The position numbers were made by a program, and so were the translations under genes. Below are positions 38,147 through 48,696 of a stretch of DNA of 64,000 nt, piece by piece. The stretch lies in NCBI GenBank assembly GCA_947501605.1, contig CANMWZ010000014.1:38521-102520 (forward strand). The letters are read 5' to 3'. The notes below the pieces were generated by a model, which saw only the letters and a list, made by a program, of their open reading frames with translations, ran no database searches and was not told the DNA's origin. This DNA comes from Planctomycetota bacterium. Its GTDB lineage: Bacteria > Planctomycetota > UBA1135 > UBA2386. Numbering within the stretch: the first letter of the stretch is position 1; every line of letters begins with the position of its first letter.

Positions 38147-39376
38147 TCAGCGCGCGGCGCCGCGGCGAACGATTCGATAGACCTTGCCGTCGAAGCAGGT
38201 CATCAGCAGTTCGCCGTCCAGTTCTTCGGCAAAGCTCGACAGCTGCGCCGGAGCGCGGCCGATCTCGCGCACGACCGCGGTCTGGCCTTCGCTCGGCGGC
38301 GTCACAGCCCAGAGCCGAAACGTCGAGAAATCGCCGTAGATGTAGCTGCCTGCCAGTTCGGGCACTGCCGTTCCGCGATAGACATGGCCACCGGTGATCG
38401 ACACGCCGTCCTGGTGCGGATACTCAGCCATCGGTGGGATCAAGTCGGCGGGCAACTCGGCGTCCTTGCGGAACACCTCGGTGCCTTCCATCAAGTTCCA
38501 GCCGTAGTTGCCGCCCTTGACCAACAGGTCGACCTCTTCGAGGCGGTCCTGGCCAACGTCGCCGCACCACAACGAACCGGTCTGGCGATCGAACGCGATG
38601 CGCCACGGATTGCGCAAGCCGTAGCACCAGATCTCGCCGCGCGCGCCCTCTACCCCGACGAACGGGTTGTCGCCCGGGATCTCATAGGGCTTATCTGGAG
38701 TCGCGTTGCGGACATCGATGCGCAGCACCTTGCCGAGCAGCGAGCCCTTGTCTTGACCAGTCTTGAACGGATCGCGCGCCGCGCCGCCGTCGCCGAGCGC
38801 CACGTAGAGCATGCCATCCGGGCCAAAGACGATCGTGCCGCCATTGTGGTTGGGAAACGGCTGGAACACCGTCATGGCGACGAGTTCCGTCGATGGATCC
38901 GCCGTGCGCACGCCCTTGTCATCGGTCTTGGTGTCGTAGCGCGCGATCACCGAGCGGCGCGTCGACTTCGACTTGCGCCCCGGCTTGACCTCGCCCTGCT
39001 GCGACTCGGTCTTCTCGGTGAAGTAACACCAAACACGACCATTGGTTCGATACTGCGGGTCGAAGGCAAAACCGAGCAGCCCCTCCTCCCAGTTGTCGTT
39101 GGCGTAGACGCGCTTGCTCAGATCGAGGAACGGCGTGCGGTCCTTGCTCTCGTCATCGCGCTTCAACATCCACACGGTGCCTGGCTGTTCGACGACATAG
39201 GCCATCTCGGCGGCGGCATCGTGGAACGCCACGAACAGCGGTCGGTCGAACTTCTCCTGCGCGGCATAGACGCGCTGCGTGTCGATGGCAAAGGGCGCCT
39301 CGTTCGCGCCGTCCTCCTGCGCGCGCAGAGCGGTCATCGGCGATAGCAAAACGAGAGCAAGGAGGGCGGGACGCAT
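38147..39376 (-). CDS. Secreted glucose/sorbosone dehydrogenase-family beta-propeller
   Basis: Signal peptide; EEGLLG.AFDP, NHNGG..FGPDG.LY..GDGG, YGLRNPWR and GNYGW motifs. Confidence 0.9.
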   Translation of the reverse strand: MRPALLALVLLSPMTALRAQEDGANEAPFAIDTQRVYAAQEKFDRPLFVAFHDAAAEMAYVVEQPGTVWMLKRDDESKDRTPFLDLSKRVYANDNWEEGLLGFAFDPQYRTNGRVWCYFTEKTESQQGEVKPGRKSKSTRRSVIARYDTKTDDKGVRTADPSTELVAMTVFQPFPNHNGGTIVFGPDGMLYVALGDGGAARDPFKTGQDKGSLLGKVLRIDVRNATPDKPYEIPGDNPFVGVEGARGEIWCYGLRNPWRIAFDRQTGSLWCGDVGQDRLEEVDLLVKGGNYGWNLMEGTEVFRKDAELPADLIPPMAEYPHQDGVSITGGHVYRGTAVPELAGSYIYGDFSTFRLWAVTPPSEGQTAVVREIGRAPAQLSSFAEELDGELLMTCFDGKVYRIVRRGAAR

Positions 39377-39457
39377 AGGAGCGGATTACGTGCGATCGCG
39401 GGGCGCGAGGCAAGAGCCACGGTCGACTTCGGCGCACGCACTTGCCAAGATGCGCGC

Positions 39458-40225
39458 ATGCTGCAGTTGCGTTCTCTGCGCAAGTCGTACGGATCGTTCA
39501 CCGCGCTTCACGGACTCGATCTCGACGTACGGCCGGGCGAGATCCTCGCCCTGCTCGGGCCAAACGGCGCCGGCAAGTCGACCACGGTCCGCTGCCTCGT
39601 CGGCCTGCAGAGCCCCGATGCGGGCACCGTCCGAATCGACGGCATCGATGCCCTCGCGGAGGCCCCGCGCGCACGGTCCATCACGGGCTACGTGCCCGAA
39701 CTACCGCGACTGCACGACGCCCTGACGCCGCGCGAGTTCTTGCTGCTGAAGGGCCGCCTATTTTCGCTCGACGACGACGTGATCACCGCGCGCGCCGAAC
39801 GGATGCTCGCGGGATTTGGCATCGGCAGCCGCATCGACGAGCCGATGGCGTCCTTCAGTAAGGGCATGCAGCAAAAGGTGTCGCTGACCGCGGCGCTGCT
39901 GACCGAACCGCGACTGCTCGTCCTCGACGAACCGCTGTCGGGTCTCGACGTCGAGACCACGTTCACCGTCAAGGAAGTGATGCGCATGTTCGCGCAGCGC
40001 GGCGGCGCCGTGCTGTACTGCAGCCACATCCTCGATGTCGTGCAGACCGTTGCCCACCGCGTCGCGGTGCTGGCCCAAGGCAGGCTCCTCGCCTGCGGCA
40101 CCGTCGCCGAACTGCGCGCGACTGCGGGTTCGGGCAAGGACGCCGACCTCGGCAGCGTGTATCGCCAATTGACGCAAGCCAATGATCCGATCGCGGCGGC
40201 AAACACCATTCTCGGTGCGAGCTGA
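39458..40225 (+). CDS. ABC transporter ATP-binding protein with no adjacent permease
   Basis: GPNGAGKST, FSKGMQQK and LDEP motifs. Confidence 0.92.
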   Translation: MLQLRSLRKSYGSFTALHGLDLDVRPGEILALLGPNGAGKSTTVRCLVGLQSPDAGTVRIDGIDALAEAPRARSITGYVPELPRLHDALTPREFLLLKGRLFSLDDDVITARAERMLAGFGIGSRIDEPMASFSKGMQQKVSLTAALLTEPRLLVLDEPLSGLDVETTFTVKEVMRMFAQRGGAVLYCSHILDVVQTVAHRVAVLAQGRLLACGTVAELRATAGSGKDADLGSVYRQLTQANDPIAAANTILGAS

Positions 40226-40231
40226 CCGCAG

Positions 40232-42079
40232 TCAGCGCAGTTGCAGCCGCACCAGCTTCGACGCATCCGGTGGGTCAGAGACCACCAGGTCGAGGTCTTC
40301 GCTCGTGCGCCCGTGGAACTTCGCACGCACCGCGACATGAATCGAATCGAAGGGTGAGGCTGGCAGCGAGAACGAACCGTCCGCTGCAGTCTCGCCAGCG
40401 GCTGCGACGAGCCGCGGTAGCGTCTTGGCGAGCCACGTGGCCAGCACTGCGTGCTCGGGCTTGCCGCCTTCGCGTCGCGTCGCGCGCAGTTCGAACTTCG
40501 CACCGACCACCGGTGACCCATCGGCAGAACTGAGGATGCCGTGAACGCGCGGGTACTCGCGCAGGCGAACTTCCAACGCGTGCTCGCCGGCCTCGGCGAG
40601 CACCATGCGCGCCGTTCCCCAGCTCTCGTCGTCGAAGCACGTGACGTGCCAGTCGCCCTGACGGACGTCGACGCTGCCGCGACCGGCGCTGTCAACCACC
40701 GCGCGCAGCACACCGTCGCGCGATGACGCCCGCGCACCACCAAGGCACTCCAAGTAGATCGCACGTCCGGCTGCAGGTCCGCTGCGGACGTCGAACACAG
40801 CGATCGACAGTTTCGCGAGATCGCGCACGTCGATGTCGCCCGGCTGCACCCGTCCGTTTTCGACGGGCAAGAGCAGCGGCGGCTGCGACAGACCGCGCTG
40901 CAGGACCCACTGGTTGCTGTGGAGATCCGTCGGCACGTTCGCCATCGTGAACGAACCGTCCTCACTCACGGTCGCCGAATACTGCCGTGGATCGTGCAGA
41001 TAGCTGTTGTTGCCCATGTAGAGCTTGGCCGCGACGCGCAACTGCACGATGGTCCCCGGCGCCGCCAGTCCATCCCCAACTCGCACCTTGCCTTGGATTG
41101 CGGGACGCGCAGACAACCGGAACGGCAGCTCTCCGACAGCAGGTGGCTCGCACTTTCTGCCGTCGATGAAGAAGTCCCCGCCGCGAGCCCCGCTCACCTG
41201 CTCGCCAAAGCCACTTGCCCGCGCCACGAACAAGCTCGCAGCACCGCTCCCGACCTGAAAGAGCTCCTCCTTCAGCGGCAGCTTCAGCTCGGCAACTCCG
41301 TCGACCCCGGTGATGCCGACTTCTCGTTCGTAGGCGCCGCGCACCGTCACGACTCCGTCGATCGTGCCATCGCTGCTGGTCATCCCGCGCAGGTGGATCG
41401 TCGCACCAGCGATCGGTGCACCCTGTTCGTCGACCACGCGGCAGCGCACGAGCCGAGGGGGCGGAATCGTCACGACGGCAGTCCCTACAGCTACCGCGGC
41501 GGCTTCCCACAGCACGTCGCCGTTCCTGGCCCGCAGCTCGACGAAGCCGCGTGGCAACAGAGGCCACACAGCCGCGCCGTCCGCGGCTGCAGGGTTTGCG
41601 GTCGCAAACGGCATCGGCGCAAAACTGCCGGGGTAGCAAGGCCGGGCAAACCGCTGCAGCGGCCCCTCGGCGTCCCAAGCTTCGACGCCGCGAACGGTGA
41701 CGACCAACGGGGCATCGACGCTGTTGCACGCCAAGTCCACCACGGCGCCGGCGCCGAACCAGCCACGCGGCGACGCCACCGGCACAGTGCCATCTGCCGC
41801 GGCTGGCCCGCAGGCAAACGCGAAGTACGGCAGCCCCGGTAGCACCATCGCTCGGTAGCGGCCGCGGTCGCCCGAACGAACCTCAACGACATCGACGGCG
41901 GCGGCGACCGGCGTGCCAGTGTGGGTGCCGACCAACACGACCTGGGCGTTCCCGACGGGTGCCCCAGTCTCACTCAGAACCCGGCCGAGTAACGGTCGCC
42001 GCAGTGGTTCTTGGGCCATCACGGCAGACGCGAGTGCGACGGTGCACAGCGACCACCAACGAGCTCGATCTCTGTCCAT
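40232..42079 (-). CDS. Secreted protein with repeated carboxypeptidase-regulatory-like domains
   Basis: Signal peptide ending VMA-QE; repeated GRVLSETGAPVGNA / VVDEQGAPIAGA / SADGSPVVGA motifs. Confidence 0.75.
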   Translation of the reverse strand: MDRDRARWWSLCTVALASAVMAQEPLRRPLLGRVLSETGAPVGNAQVVLVGTHTGTPVAAAVDVVEVRSGDRGRYRAMVLPGLPYFAFACGPAAADGTVPVASPRGWFGAGAVVDLACNSVDAPLVVTVRGVEAWDAEGPLQRFARPCYPGSFAPMPFATANPAAADGAAVWPLLPRGFVELRARNGDVLWEAAAVAVGTAVVTIPPPRLVRCRVVDEQGAPIAGATIHLRGMTSSDGTIDGVVTVRGAYEREVGITGVDGVAELKLPLKEELFQVGSGAASLFVARASGFGEQVSGARGGDFFIDGRKCEPPAVGELPFRLSARPAIQGKVRVGDGLAAPGTIVQLRVAAKLYMGNNSYLHDPRQYSATVSEDGSFTMANVPTDLHSNQWVLQRGLSQPPLLLPVENGRVQPGDIDVRDLAKLSIAVFDVRSGPAAGRAIYLECLGGARASSRDGVLRAVVDSAGRGSVDVRQGDWHVTCFDDESWGTARMVLAEAGEHALEVRLREYPRVHGILSSADGSPVVGAKFELRATRREGGKPEHAVLATWLAKTLPRLVAAAGETAADGSFSLPASPFDSIHVAVRAKFHGRTSEDLDLVVSDPPDASKLVRLQLR

Positions 42080-42140
42080 CGCGGCGCCTACCTTACCCGC
42101 GGGCTCAAGACCCCGCCTCGTTCTGGTCGATCCCGGTCGC

Positions 42141-42623
42141 ATGCGCGCGCGAACTTCCGTTGCCATCGGCACGACCGCTCTGTTGGCTCTTGCCTGCGGT
42201 CGCCCCGACGACACGGTAGCCGTGCTCGCGACCTTTGACCGATTCCAGGACGCACTGTTCGCGGCTGACACCGTCGCCCTGCGTCGACTTGTGACCGAAG
42301 AGTCGACACCTGCGCTCGAGGGCCTGCCGTTCGCAGCGCTGCAGACGAGCCAGCGCCTGGTCGCGATCGACGCAAGCGGACGCTACGGCAGCTGGCAGGT
42401 GCGCGTTCGCGATCCGAACCACGGCGACGCCGAGGGCTGCTACGTCGTCGCGCGCGAACGCGGCAAACTGGTCGTCGACCTGATCGCGACGGCGCAGCTG
42501 CACGCGACCACCACGACAACGACCACCCCACAGCAGTTCGTGCAGCGCGAGCTGTCGCCGTCAGATCGCGACGAGATCCGGCGCCGTGAGCTGGCGACGC
42601 CGCCGGGCGAACCCGTCCGCTGA
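42141..42623 (+). CDS. Hypothetical lipoprotein
   Basis: Lipobox LAC after a hydrophobic stretch. Confidence 0.65.
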   Translation: MRARTSVAIGTTALLALACGRPDDTVAVLATFDRFQDALFAADTVALRRLVTEESTPALEGLPFAALQTSQRLVAIDASGRYGSWQVRVRDPNHGDAEGCYVVARERGKLVVDLIATAQLHATTTTTTTPQQFVQRELSPSDRDEIRRRELATPPGEPVR

Positions 42624-42806
42624 TCGAGGGCGCTCGGGGACAGGCGCCACTTGCGGCTCGCCGCAGCAGGCAGGACGCCGGTGGCCCATGAGCTCCTTCG
42701 GCCCAAACAGCCCATGTGGTGGGCGCCACAGCTCGCCGTTACGCTGCCTTGCTCCCGCGCAAGCCTGCCGCGCGACGCCCGTACTCGAAACCACCTGCAT
42801 CCCACC

Positions 42807-44333
42807 ATGCTTCGTACCCTTGCCCTCCCGTTTCTCGCCACCGCGCTGCTCGTAAGTGCCACGAACGCACAAAACTTCGACCTTGGTCAACGCGGCGGTG
42901 GCCTCCCGGGCACCGCGACGTGGAGCCTGAGCGGCCCTGTTGGCTCGCCCTACATCCTGCTATTCCACGTCATCGAGCAGTCGACACCGATCCCGACGCT
43001 GGGCATCACGCTCGCCATCCCCCCGGACTTTGTCGACACCAGCCTCGCGATCCCTGGCTTCACCGGCACGCTGAACGGCGCGGGCCTCGCCTCGGTCACG
43101 ATCCCGCTGCCCAGTGACCTCGAGTTTGCCGTCAAGGTCTTCTCGCTGCAGGCGGTTGGCCAAGACAGTTCGACCTTCTTCACGTCGAACCTCGTGCGCA
43201 TGACCATGCAGCCCGTCGGCACCTTTGCCGAGCCGCTCAACCAACCGCTCGTGCCAGTCATCGGCGGTGGCGTCGTCGCCGAAGCCGGCGGCGAACTGCT
43301 GCTCGTCGGTGGCTCGGGCCCGATCGCGACGCGCTACAAGTCGCGCCTCGAAGAATGGGAAACCGCCGGCGCCTCGTTTGGCATCGGCCTGTTCTCGCAG
43401 ACCACGGTGCTCGGCGATGGCCGCGTGCTGTTCACCGGCGGCCTCGACCTCTCGACGGGTCAACCTTCGGCAGCCGCGGCGATCTACGATCCGGCGACGC
43501 AGGTCACGACCACGCTGGCGATGGCCCAGGCTCGAGCCGGCCACGGCGCCTCGCTGATGGGTAACGGTCGCGTGCTGATCACCGGCGGATCCGCGGCCTT
43601 CAGCCTGACCAACCCGCTCGGGCTGTTCACGAGCATCCTCAACACCACCGAGGTCTTCAACCCAACGACGAACACGTTCGCAGCGGGACCGCTCATGCTG
43701 GAAGCGCGCGCCTTCCACACCTCGACGTCCACCACTAACGGCCAGGTCCTGATCGCCGGCGGCATCTCACTCATCCCGATCATCAACCTGCCCACGGTGT
43801 CGGCGACGGCGTATCGCTTCAACCCGACGACCAACAGCTTCGGTCTGCCGGCGGCATTCAGTGGTTCGCGCTTCATGCACACCGCCGTGCCGCTCACCAA
43901 CAACAACCGCGTGCTGCTCGTCGGTGGCGCAACGCTCGACCTGTCGGTGTTCCTGACCACGGGCCAACTGCAAGACATCATCATCGCGACGCGGACCGAC
44001 TGTCAGGTCTACACGCCGAGCCTGTTTGGCTTCGGCACGTTTGCGACCGTCGCCGGCATGCAAGAAGGTCGCGCCGGTGCGGCGGCCGCGCCACTGCCCA
44101 ATGGCGGGGCGCTGATCGCCGGTGGCTTCCAGCTCGCGCTCGACATCCCGAACGGGGTGTTCGCGTTCAACCCCACCAACTCGGCGGATCGGTTCTTTGC
44201 CAACAACACGATCGCACCGACAGGCAACATGGCCGCAGCGCGCTCGTTCCCGTTCGCGATCAACCTGCCAGACGGCACCGTAATGGTGACCGGCGGCGGC
44301 CCGCTGAGCGCCGAGATCTACCAGCCGAACTGA
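42807..44333 (+). CDS. Secreted Kelch-repeat beta-propeller protein
   Basis: Signal peptide; repeated R..H.....G.VLI.GG...E.F.P units. Confidence 0.85.
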   Translation: MLRTLALPFLATALLVSATNAQNFDLGQRGGGLPGTATWSLSGPVGSPYILLFHVIEQSTPIPTLGITLAIPPDFVDTSLAIPGFTGTLNGAGLASVTIPLPSDLEFAVKVFSLQAVGQDSSTFFTSNLVRMTMQPVGTFAEPLNQPLVPVIGGGVVAEAGGELLLVGGSGPIATRYKSRLEEWETAGASFGIGLFSQTTVLGDGRVLFTGGLDLSTGQPSAAAAIYDPATQVTTTLAMAQARAGHGASLMGNGRVLITGGSAAFSLTNPLGLFTSILNTTEVFNPTTNTFAAGPLMLEARAFHTSTSTTNGQVLIAGGISLIPIINLPTVSATAYRFNPTTNSFGLPAAFSGSRFMHTAVPLTNNNRVLLVGGATLDLSVFLTTGQLQDIIIATRTDCQVYTPSLFGFGTFATVAGMQEGRAGAAAAPLPNGGALIAGGFQLALDIPNGVFAFNPTNSADRFFANNTIAPTGNMAAARSFPFAINLPDGTVMVTGGGPLSAEIYQPN

Positions 44334-44489
44334 GCCGTGGCACGGCGGGTCGCTCGCCGAGGGCCTGCTGACAGCTCACCGAAGGCCGACCGACTGGGCT
44401 CCGAGGGGACGTAGGGAGCCGAATGCTCTCGCGCCCCTCTGGCGCACCGCAGTAAGGTCTGCGCCGCGTTCGATCGCCCCTACCGCACC

Positions 44490-45431
44490 ATGAGCGACGT
44501 CAAAAAGACCCTGATCCTCGGCTCCGGCCCCGCTGGCTACACCGCCGCCATCTACGCCGCGCGCGCCAACCTCGAACCCGTGATGATCGCGGGCCAACAG
44601 CCCGGCGGGCAGCTCACGATCACCAGCGAGGTCGAGAACTACCCCGGCTTCCCCAAGGGCATCATGGGGCCGGAGATGATGGACCAGTTCCGCGAACAAG
44701 CGGAGCGGTTCGGCACCAAAGTCATCTATGCCGTCGGCACCGAAGTCGACCTCAGCAAGCGGCCGTTCACCGTCACGACCGACGATGACCAAGTGTACCA
44801 ATCGCAATCGCTGATCATCTCGACCGGCGCGAGCGCGTTGTACCTCGGGCTGCCGAACGAGAAGAAGCTGCAGGGCCGCGGCGTGTCGGCGTGCGCCACG
44901 TGCGACGGATTCTTCTTCAAGGGCAAGGTCGTCTACGTCGTCGGCGGCGGCGACTCGGCGTGCGAGGAAGCCAACTTCCTCACCAAGTTCGCGAGCAAGG
45001 TCTACCTCGTCGTGCGCCGCGATTCGCTGCGCGCCAGCAAGATCATGCAACAGCGCGCGCTCGACAACCCAAAGATCGAGGTGCTCTGGGGCCAGAACGT
45101 CACGGACGTGTTCGACGTGACGCAAGGCAAGGTGACGGGAGTCGAGCTGACGTCGACCGAAGGCGGTCACAAGAAGCGGGTGCCGGCCGACGGCCTGTTT
45201 CTAGCGATCGGTCACAAGCCCAACACCGACCTGTTCCGCGGCAGGCTGACCATGGACGACAAGGGCTACATCGTGACCAAGCCGGGCAAGGCCGCGACCA
45301 ACATCGAAGGCGTGTTCGCCGCGGGCGATTGCCAGGACAGCTACTACCGCCAAGCGGTGACTGCAGCCGGCTCGGGCTGCATGGCCGCGATCGAAGTCGA
45401 ACGCTGGCTCGAAGGTCAGCACGCACACTGA
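44490..45431 (+). CDS. trxB: Thioredoxin-disulfide reductase
   Basis: GSGPAGYTAAIY, SACATCDG, GGGDSACEEA and GVFAAGD...YRQA motifs. Confidence 0.96.
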   Translation: MSDVKKTLILGSGPAGYTAAIYAARANLEPVMIAGQQPGGQLTITSEVENYPGFPKGIMGPEMMDQFREQAERFGTKVIYAVGTEVDLSKRPFTVTTDDDQVYQSQSLIISTGASALYLGLPNEKKLQGRGVSACATCDGFFFKGKVVYVVGGGDSACEEANFLTKFASKVYLVVRRDSLRASKIMQQRALDNPKIEVLWGQNVTDVFDVTQGKVTGVELTSTEGGHKKRVPADGLFLAIGHKPNTDLFRGRLTMDDKGYIVTKPGKAATNIEGVFAAGDCQDSYYRQAVTAAGSGCMAAIEVERWLEGQHAH

Positions 45432-45465
45432 GCGCGACCTCGCCGCGCCAACGGGGGAGCCCACC

Positions 45466-46419
45466 TCAATCGCGCGCGTCCGATGAGTGCCACCAGCGGC
45501 GACACTGCTCGGCTTCGGCAGCGATGTCGACGGCAATGGCGCCGACGGCACGGGGGTAGTCGAGTTCGTCCAGCAGGTCGCCCGCAAGCGCCTCGAACAC
45601 TTGCAGATCGCGCGGCCCCATCTCGGCACTCCAGCTGCGCAAGCCTTTGGTCGGAGGCAACCACGCGCTCTTGGCCGAGGCGGTCGGCGCATACGAGCTC
45701 TTGCCCTCGTGGTAGCGCTCCATCTTTGGATCGTACGGCAAGCCAAGGAACTCAGTGATGCCTCTCAACGTGGCCGCCGGATCGTCGAGCAACTGCTCGT
45801 AGCGAAGCTCGTGGTAGAACTCGTTGCCCAACGCCTTCCCGTCCTTGCGGCCAGTCGCGACCTGCCAACACCACCACATCGCCGTGGTCGCCACAGGGTG
45901 CTTCTCGAACAGCTCGAACTTGCTCGGCCCGATCCCCTTGCTGGCCCACTCGACCGACGACAGCGCCACATCGCGGCCGTCGCGGACGATGTGCACGAAC
46001 TTCGACTGCGGGAACAACCGGTGGAGCAGCGGGATGCGACGCACGTAGTCAGGCGTCTTCTCACCGGAAAGCGGCTTGCTGCTGTTGGCTGCAAACTCGT
46101 CATAGAGAGCCGAGACGAACCTCGAGTACGTCGCCGCACCGGCAGCGCGATCGACCTGCTCGCTGGATAGACCGAGCCGCAGGAATCGCTTGTAGGTGCG
46201 GGTGTAGTCCACGAGACCAGGCGTCAGTGGCACGTCGCCATCCTGCTGGATCGTGCGCCTCCAGTCCGGGACTACTGCCTTCAGCGGCTTGTGGATGAAG
46301 CTCGTATCGTTCGCCACAGCGAGCATCGAGTGACTGTCGAGCATGCGCTGCAGCAGTGTGGTGCCCGACCTCGGGCAACCGACAACGAAGACGCGCGGGT
46401 TCGCAGGAATCAAAGCCAT
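45466..46419 (-). CDS. Sulfotransferase
   Basis: 5'-PSB GCPRSGTT, EKTP, 3'-PB IVRDGRDVALS and RYE motifs. Confidence 0.9.
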   Translation of the reverse strand: MALIPANPRVFVVGCPRSGTTLLQRMLDSHSMLAVANDTSFIHKPLKAVVPDWRRTIQQDGDVPLTPGLVDYTRTYKRFLRLGLSSEQVDRAAGAATYSRFVSALYDEFAANSSKPLSGEKTPDYVRRIPLLHRLFPQSKFVHIVRDGRDVALSSVEWASKGIGPSKFELFEKHPVATTAMWWCWQVATGRKDGKALGNEFYHELRYEQLLDDPAATLRGITEFLGLPYDPKMERYHEGKSSYAPTASAKSAWLPPTKGLRSWSAEMGPRDLQVFEALAGDLLDELDYPRAVGAIAVDIAAEAEQCRRWWHSSDARD

Positions 46420-46559
46420 GTCCGCGGCATTGTGGCCACTGTCACGCCGACGGCAACCACCCACCTGCCAACGCGTCGGCAGAAGGACACGGATCCGGCC
46501 CTTTCGGAGCAATGCGGCTGCTGCGCAATTCGCCTGGGTTCCGTAAGCTCCCGCCCCCC

Positions 46560-48185
46560 ATGCCGTACTCCGAGACTCAACGCCGCCTCCTCGAACGGTA
46601 CTTCTCCGTCGTCGACGGCCCGGGGCACGCAGACGTCTATCTGGTCCGGAACCTGCCGCAGGAAGTCGCCGCAACGTTGAACGGCGTCTATTCGCGCAGC
46701 AGCAAATCGATGCGCGACCAGTTCCTCGAGCGACTCGAGCAAGGCCTCACGGCGACTGGGCAAAGCCTCGACGAGTTTCTCGCCAAGACACCGGCCAGCG
46801 ACACCCTGACCTCGGTCATGGCCGACAAGGCCGGGCAGTTCCTGAAGACCTACGCGATCGACCACGGTCACAACTCGCTCCGCGAGGGCTCGATCGTTCA
46901 CCTCGCCATCGAACGCGTCTCGCAGCTCGTCACGCGCTTCATCCAGCGCGAGCGCCGCTGCACCTTCGAAGAGTCGTCGACGCGCTACATCTCGTTCTCG
47001 GCCGAGACGCATTGGCGCGATCCCGACGTGGTCGCTGCCGGCGGGGAGATCCTAGCAGCCTACGACTCCGTGCTGGCCTCGACCTTCGCGCTGTATCGCG
47101 AACTCACGGTCACGCTGCTGTCGCACCTCCAGGAACTGCGGCCGCGGCAGCAAGACGAGAAGGAAGGCCCGTGGCTGCGCACGCTCAAGGCCGAGGCCTT
47201 CGACGCCGCCCGCTACCTGCTGCTGCCGGCGATCTATACCAAGTGGGGCATGGTCGCTGATGCGCGCACGCTCAGCGACGTGATCACCGAACTCACGAGC
47301 CATCCACTCGCCGAGTTCCGCGCCGTTGGCGAGAAGATGCGCGAACAGGCCGAGCTGGCACTGCCGACCCTGTTGTCGTACGCGCGCCCAAACGACTACT
47401 TGCGAAGCCAGCACACGATGCTGCGACGCATCGCCGGCGAGCTGCAACTGCGGCCGGAGCAGACTGCGCAGAGCCACGCCGCGGAAGGTCACGTGACGCT
47501 GCTCCAGTACGACCAGGACCTCGACGTGCGCCTGCTCGCCTCGCTGCTCTACGAGCACTGTTCGGTGCCATTCGCCGCCGCCACTGCTCGCGTGGCCACA
47601 CTGACCGACGGGCAACGCGTGCAACTCCTCGACGAAATCATGGCCGCGCGCGGCAAGCACGACGGCTGGCCAAGCGGTCTGGAGGGCGGCGCACCGTTCG
47701 ACTTCGAGGTGCTGCTCGACTTCGGCGCGTATCGAGACATCGGTCGCCACCGCAAGGGTTTCCAGCAGCAACAGACACTGACGGTGGAGCACGGCTTCGC
47801 AGTGCCGCCGCTGGTCGACAGCGCCGGGAAGGGTGCTCAATACCGCGAAGTGCTCGAGCGCGCGGCTGCAGCGCAACAGAAGGTCGCCGCGCGCTTTCCC
47901 CATGCCGCTGCCTACGTGACGCCATTCGCGTTCCTGCAACGCGTGCGCATCGTGTTCGAGCCGCGGCAGCTCGCGTACTTCGTCGAACTCCGCAGCGGCC
48001 CGGAGGGACACTTCTCCTACCGCAAGGTGGCGATCGAGATGTTCTTGCGCATGCAGGCCGTGACGCCGCTGTTCGCACGCTACGTGCGCGTACGCCTGGG
48101 CGAGGCCTTCCTCGGGCGCATGGAGAATGAGCAAAGCGCCGACGAGCGGCGGCAGAAACGGATGCACGCGGCGGGCGACGCCTGA
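46560..48185 (+). CDS. thyX: FAD-dependent thymidylate synthase with tandem Thy1 domains
   Basis: HGHNSLRE and RERRCTFEESSTRY, ARYLLP in the first half; DFGAYRDIGRHR and ELRS..GHFSYR in the second half. Confidence 0.82.
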   Translation: MPYSETQRRLLERYFSVVDGPGHADVYLVRNLPQEVAATLNGVYSRSSKSMRDQFLERLEQGLTATGQSLDEFLAKTPASDTLTSVMADKAGQFLKTYAIDHGHNSLREGSIVHLAIERVSQLVTRFIQRERRCTFEESSTRYISFSAETHWRDPDVVAAGGEILAAYDSVLASTFALYRELTVTLLSHLQELRPRQQDEKEGPWLRTLKAEAFDAARYLLLPAIYTKWGMVADARTLSDVITELTSHPLAEFRAVGEKMREQAELALPTLLSYARPNDYLRSQHTMLRRIAGELQLRPEQTAQSHAAEGHVTLLQYDQDLDVRLLASLLYEHCSVPFAAATARVATLTDGQRVQLLDEIMAARGKHDGWPSGLEGGAPFDFEVLLDFGAYRDIGRHRKGFQQQQTLTVEHGFAVPPLVDSAGKGAQYREVLERAAAAQQKVAARFPHAAAYVTPFAFLQRVRIVFEPRQLAYFVELRSGPEGHFSYRKVAIEMFLRMQAVTPLFARYVRVRLGEAFLGRMENEQSADERRQKRMHAAGDA

Positions 48186-48258
48186 GCTGTCGCGCGCGCG
48201 CCGCCGGTTTCCGCCACTTCGCCGTGGGTTGAGACCGGCCTCAGGACAAAGACTGCCG

Positions 48259-48696
48259 ATGGACTTGGATGCCCTGATCGCACGCTTCCGCGGCAACTGG
48301 GCTGACGACCGCGCGGTCGGTGCCTGGCTGCGCGGCATCGCTCGCAACCTGCATCGCCAAGGACGGCGTCGCGACCGCGGTCCCACCTCGCTTCGCCGTA
48401 CCGGCACACTCGACGACGTCCCACCAGAACGACTCTCCGCCAGCAGCAGCACCGACGAACCCGCGGGGGCGGTGGCCGTTCGCGAGGCCATGCTGCGACT
48501 GCGGCAACCGTGGCGCACGGTGCTGACCATGCGCTACGTCGAAGGTAGCGGCCTCCCAGAAATCGCAGCAGTGCTCGGCACCAGCGTCCGCGCCGTGGAA
48601 GGGCGACTTCGTCGCGCCCGCCACGAACTCAAGGCGATGCTGCAGCAGGCATCGATCGCAACGCCGCCAGAACCGGCGAAGGAACTCGGCCGATGA
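48259..48696 (+). CDS. ECF-type sigma-70 factor, apparently lacking region 2.1-2.2 (possible pseudogene)
   Basis: AWLRGIARNL (region 2.3-2.4) and region 4 EIAAVLGTSVRAVEGRLRRAR are present; 145 aa. Confidence 0.7.
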   Translation: MDLDALIARFRGNWADDRAVGAWLRGIARNLHRQGRRRDRGPTSLRRTGTLDDVPPERLSASSSTDEPAGAVAVREAMLRLRQPWRTVLTMRYVEGSGLPEIAAVLGTSVRAVEGRLRRARHELKAMLQQASIATPPEPAKELGR

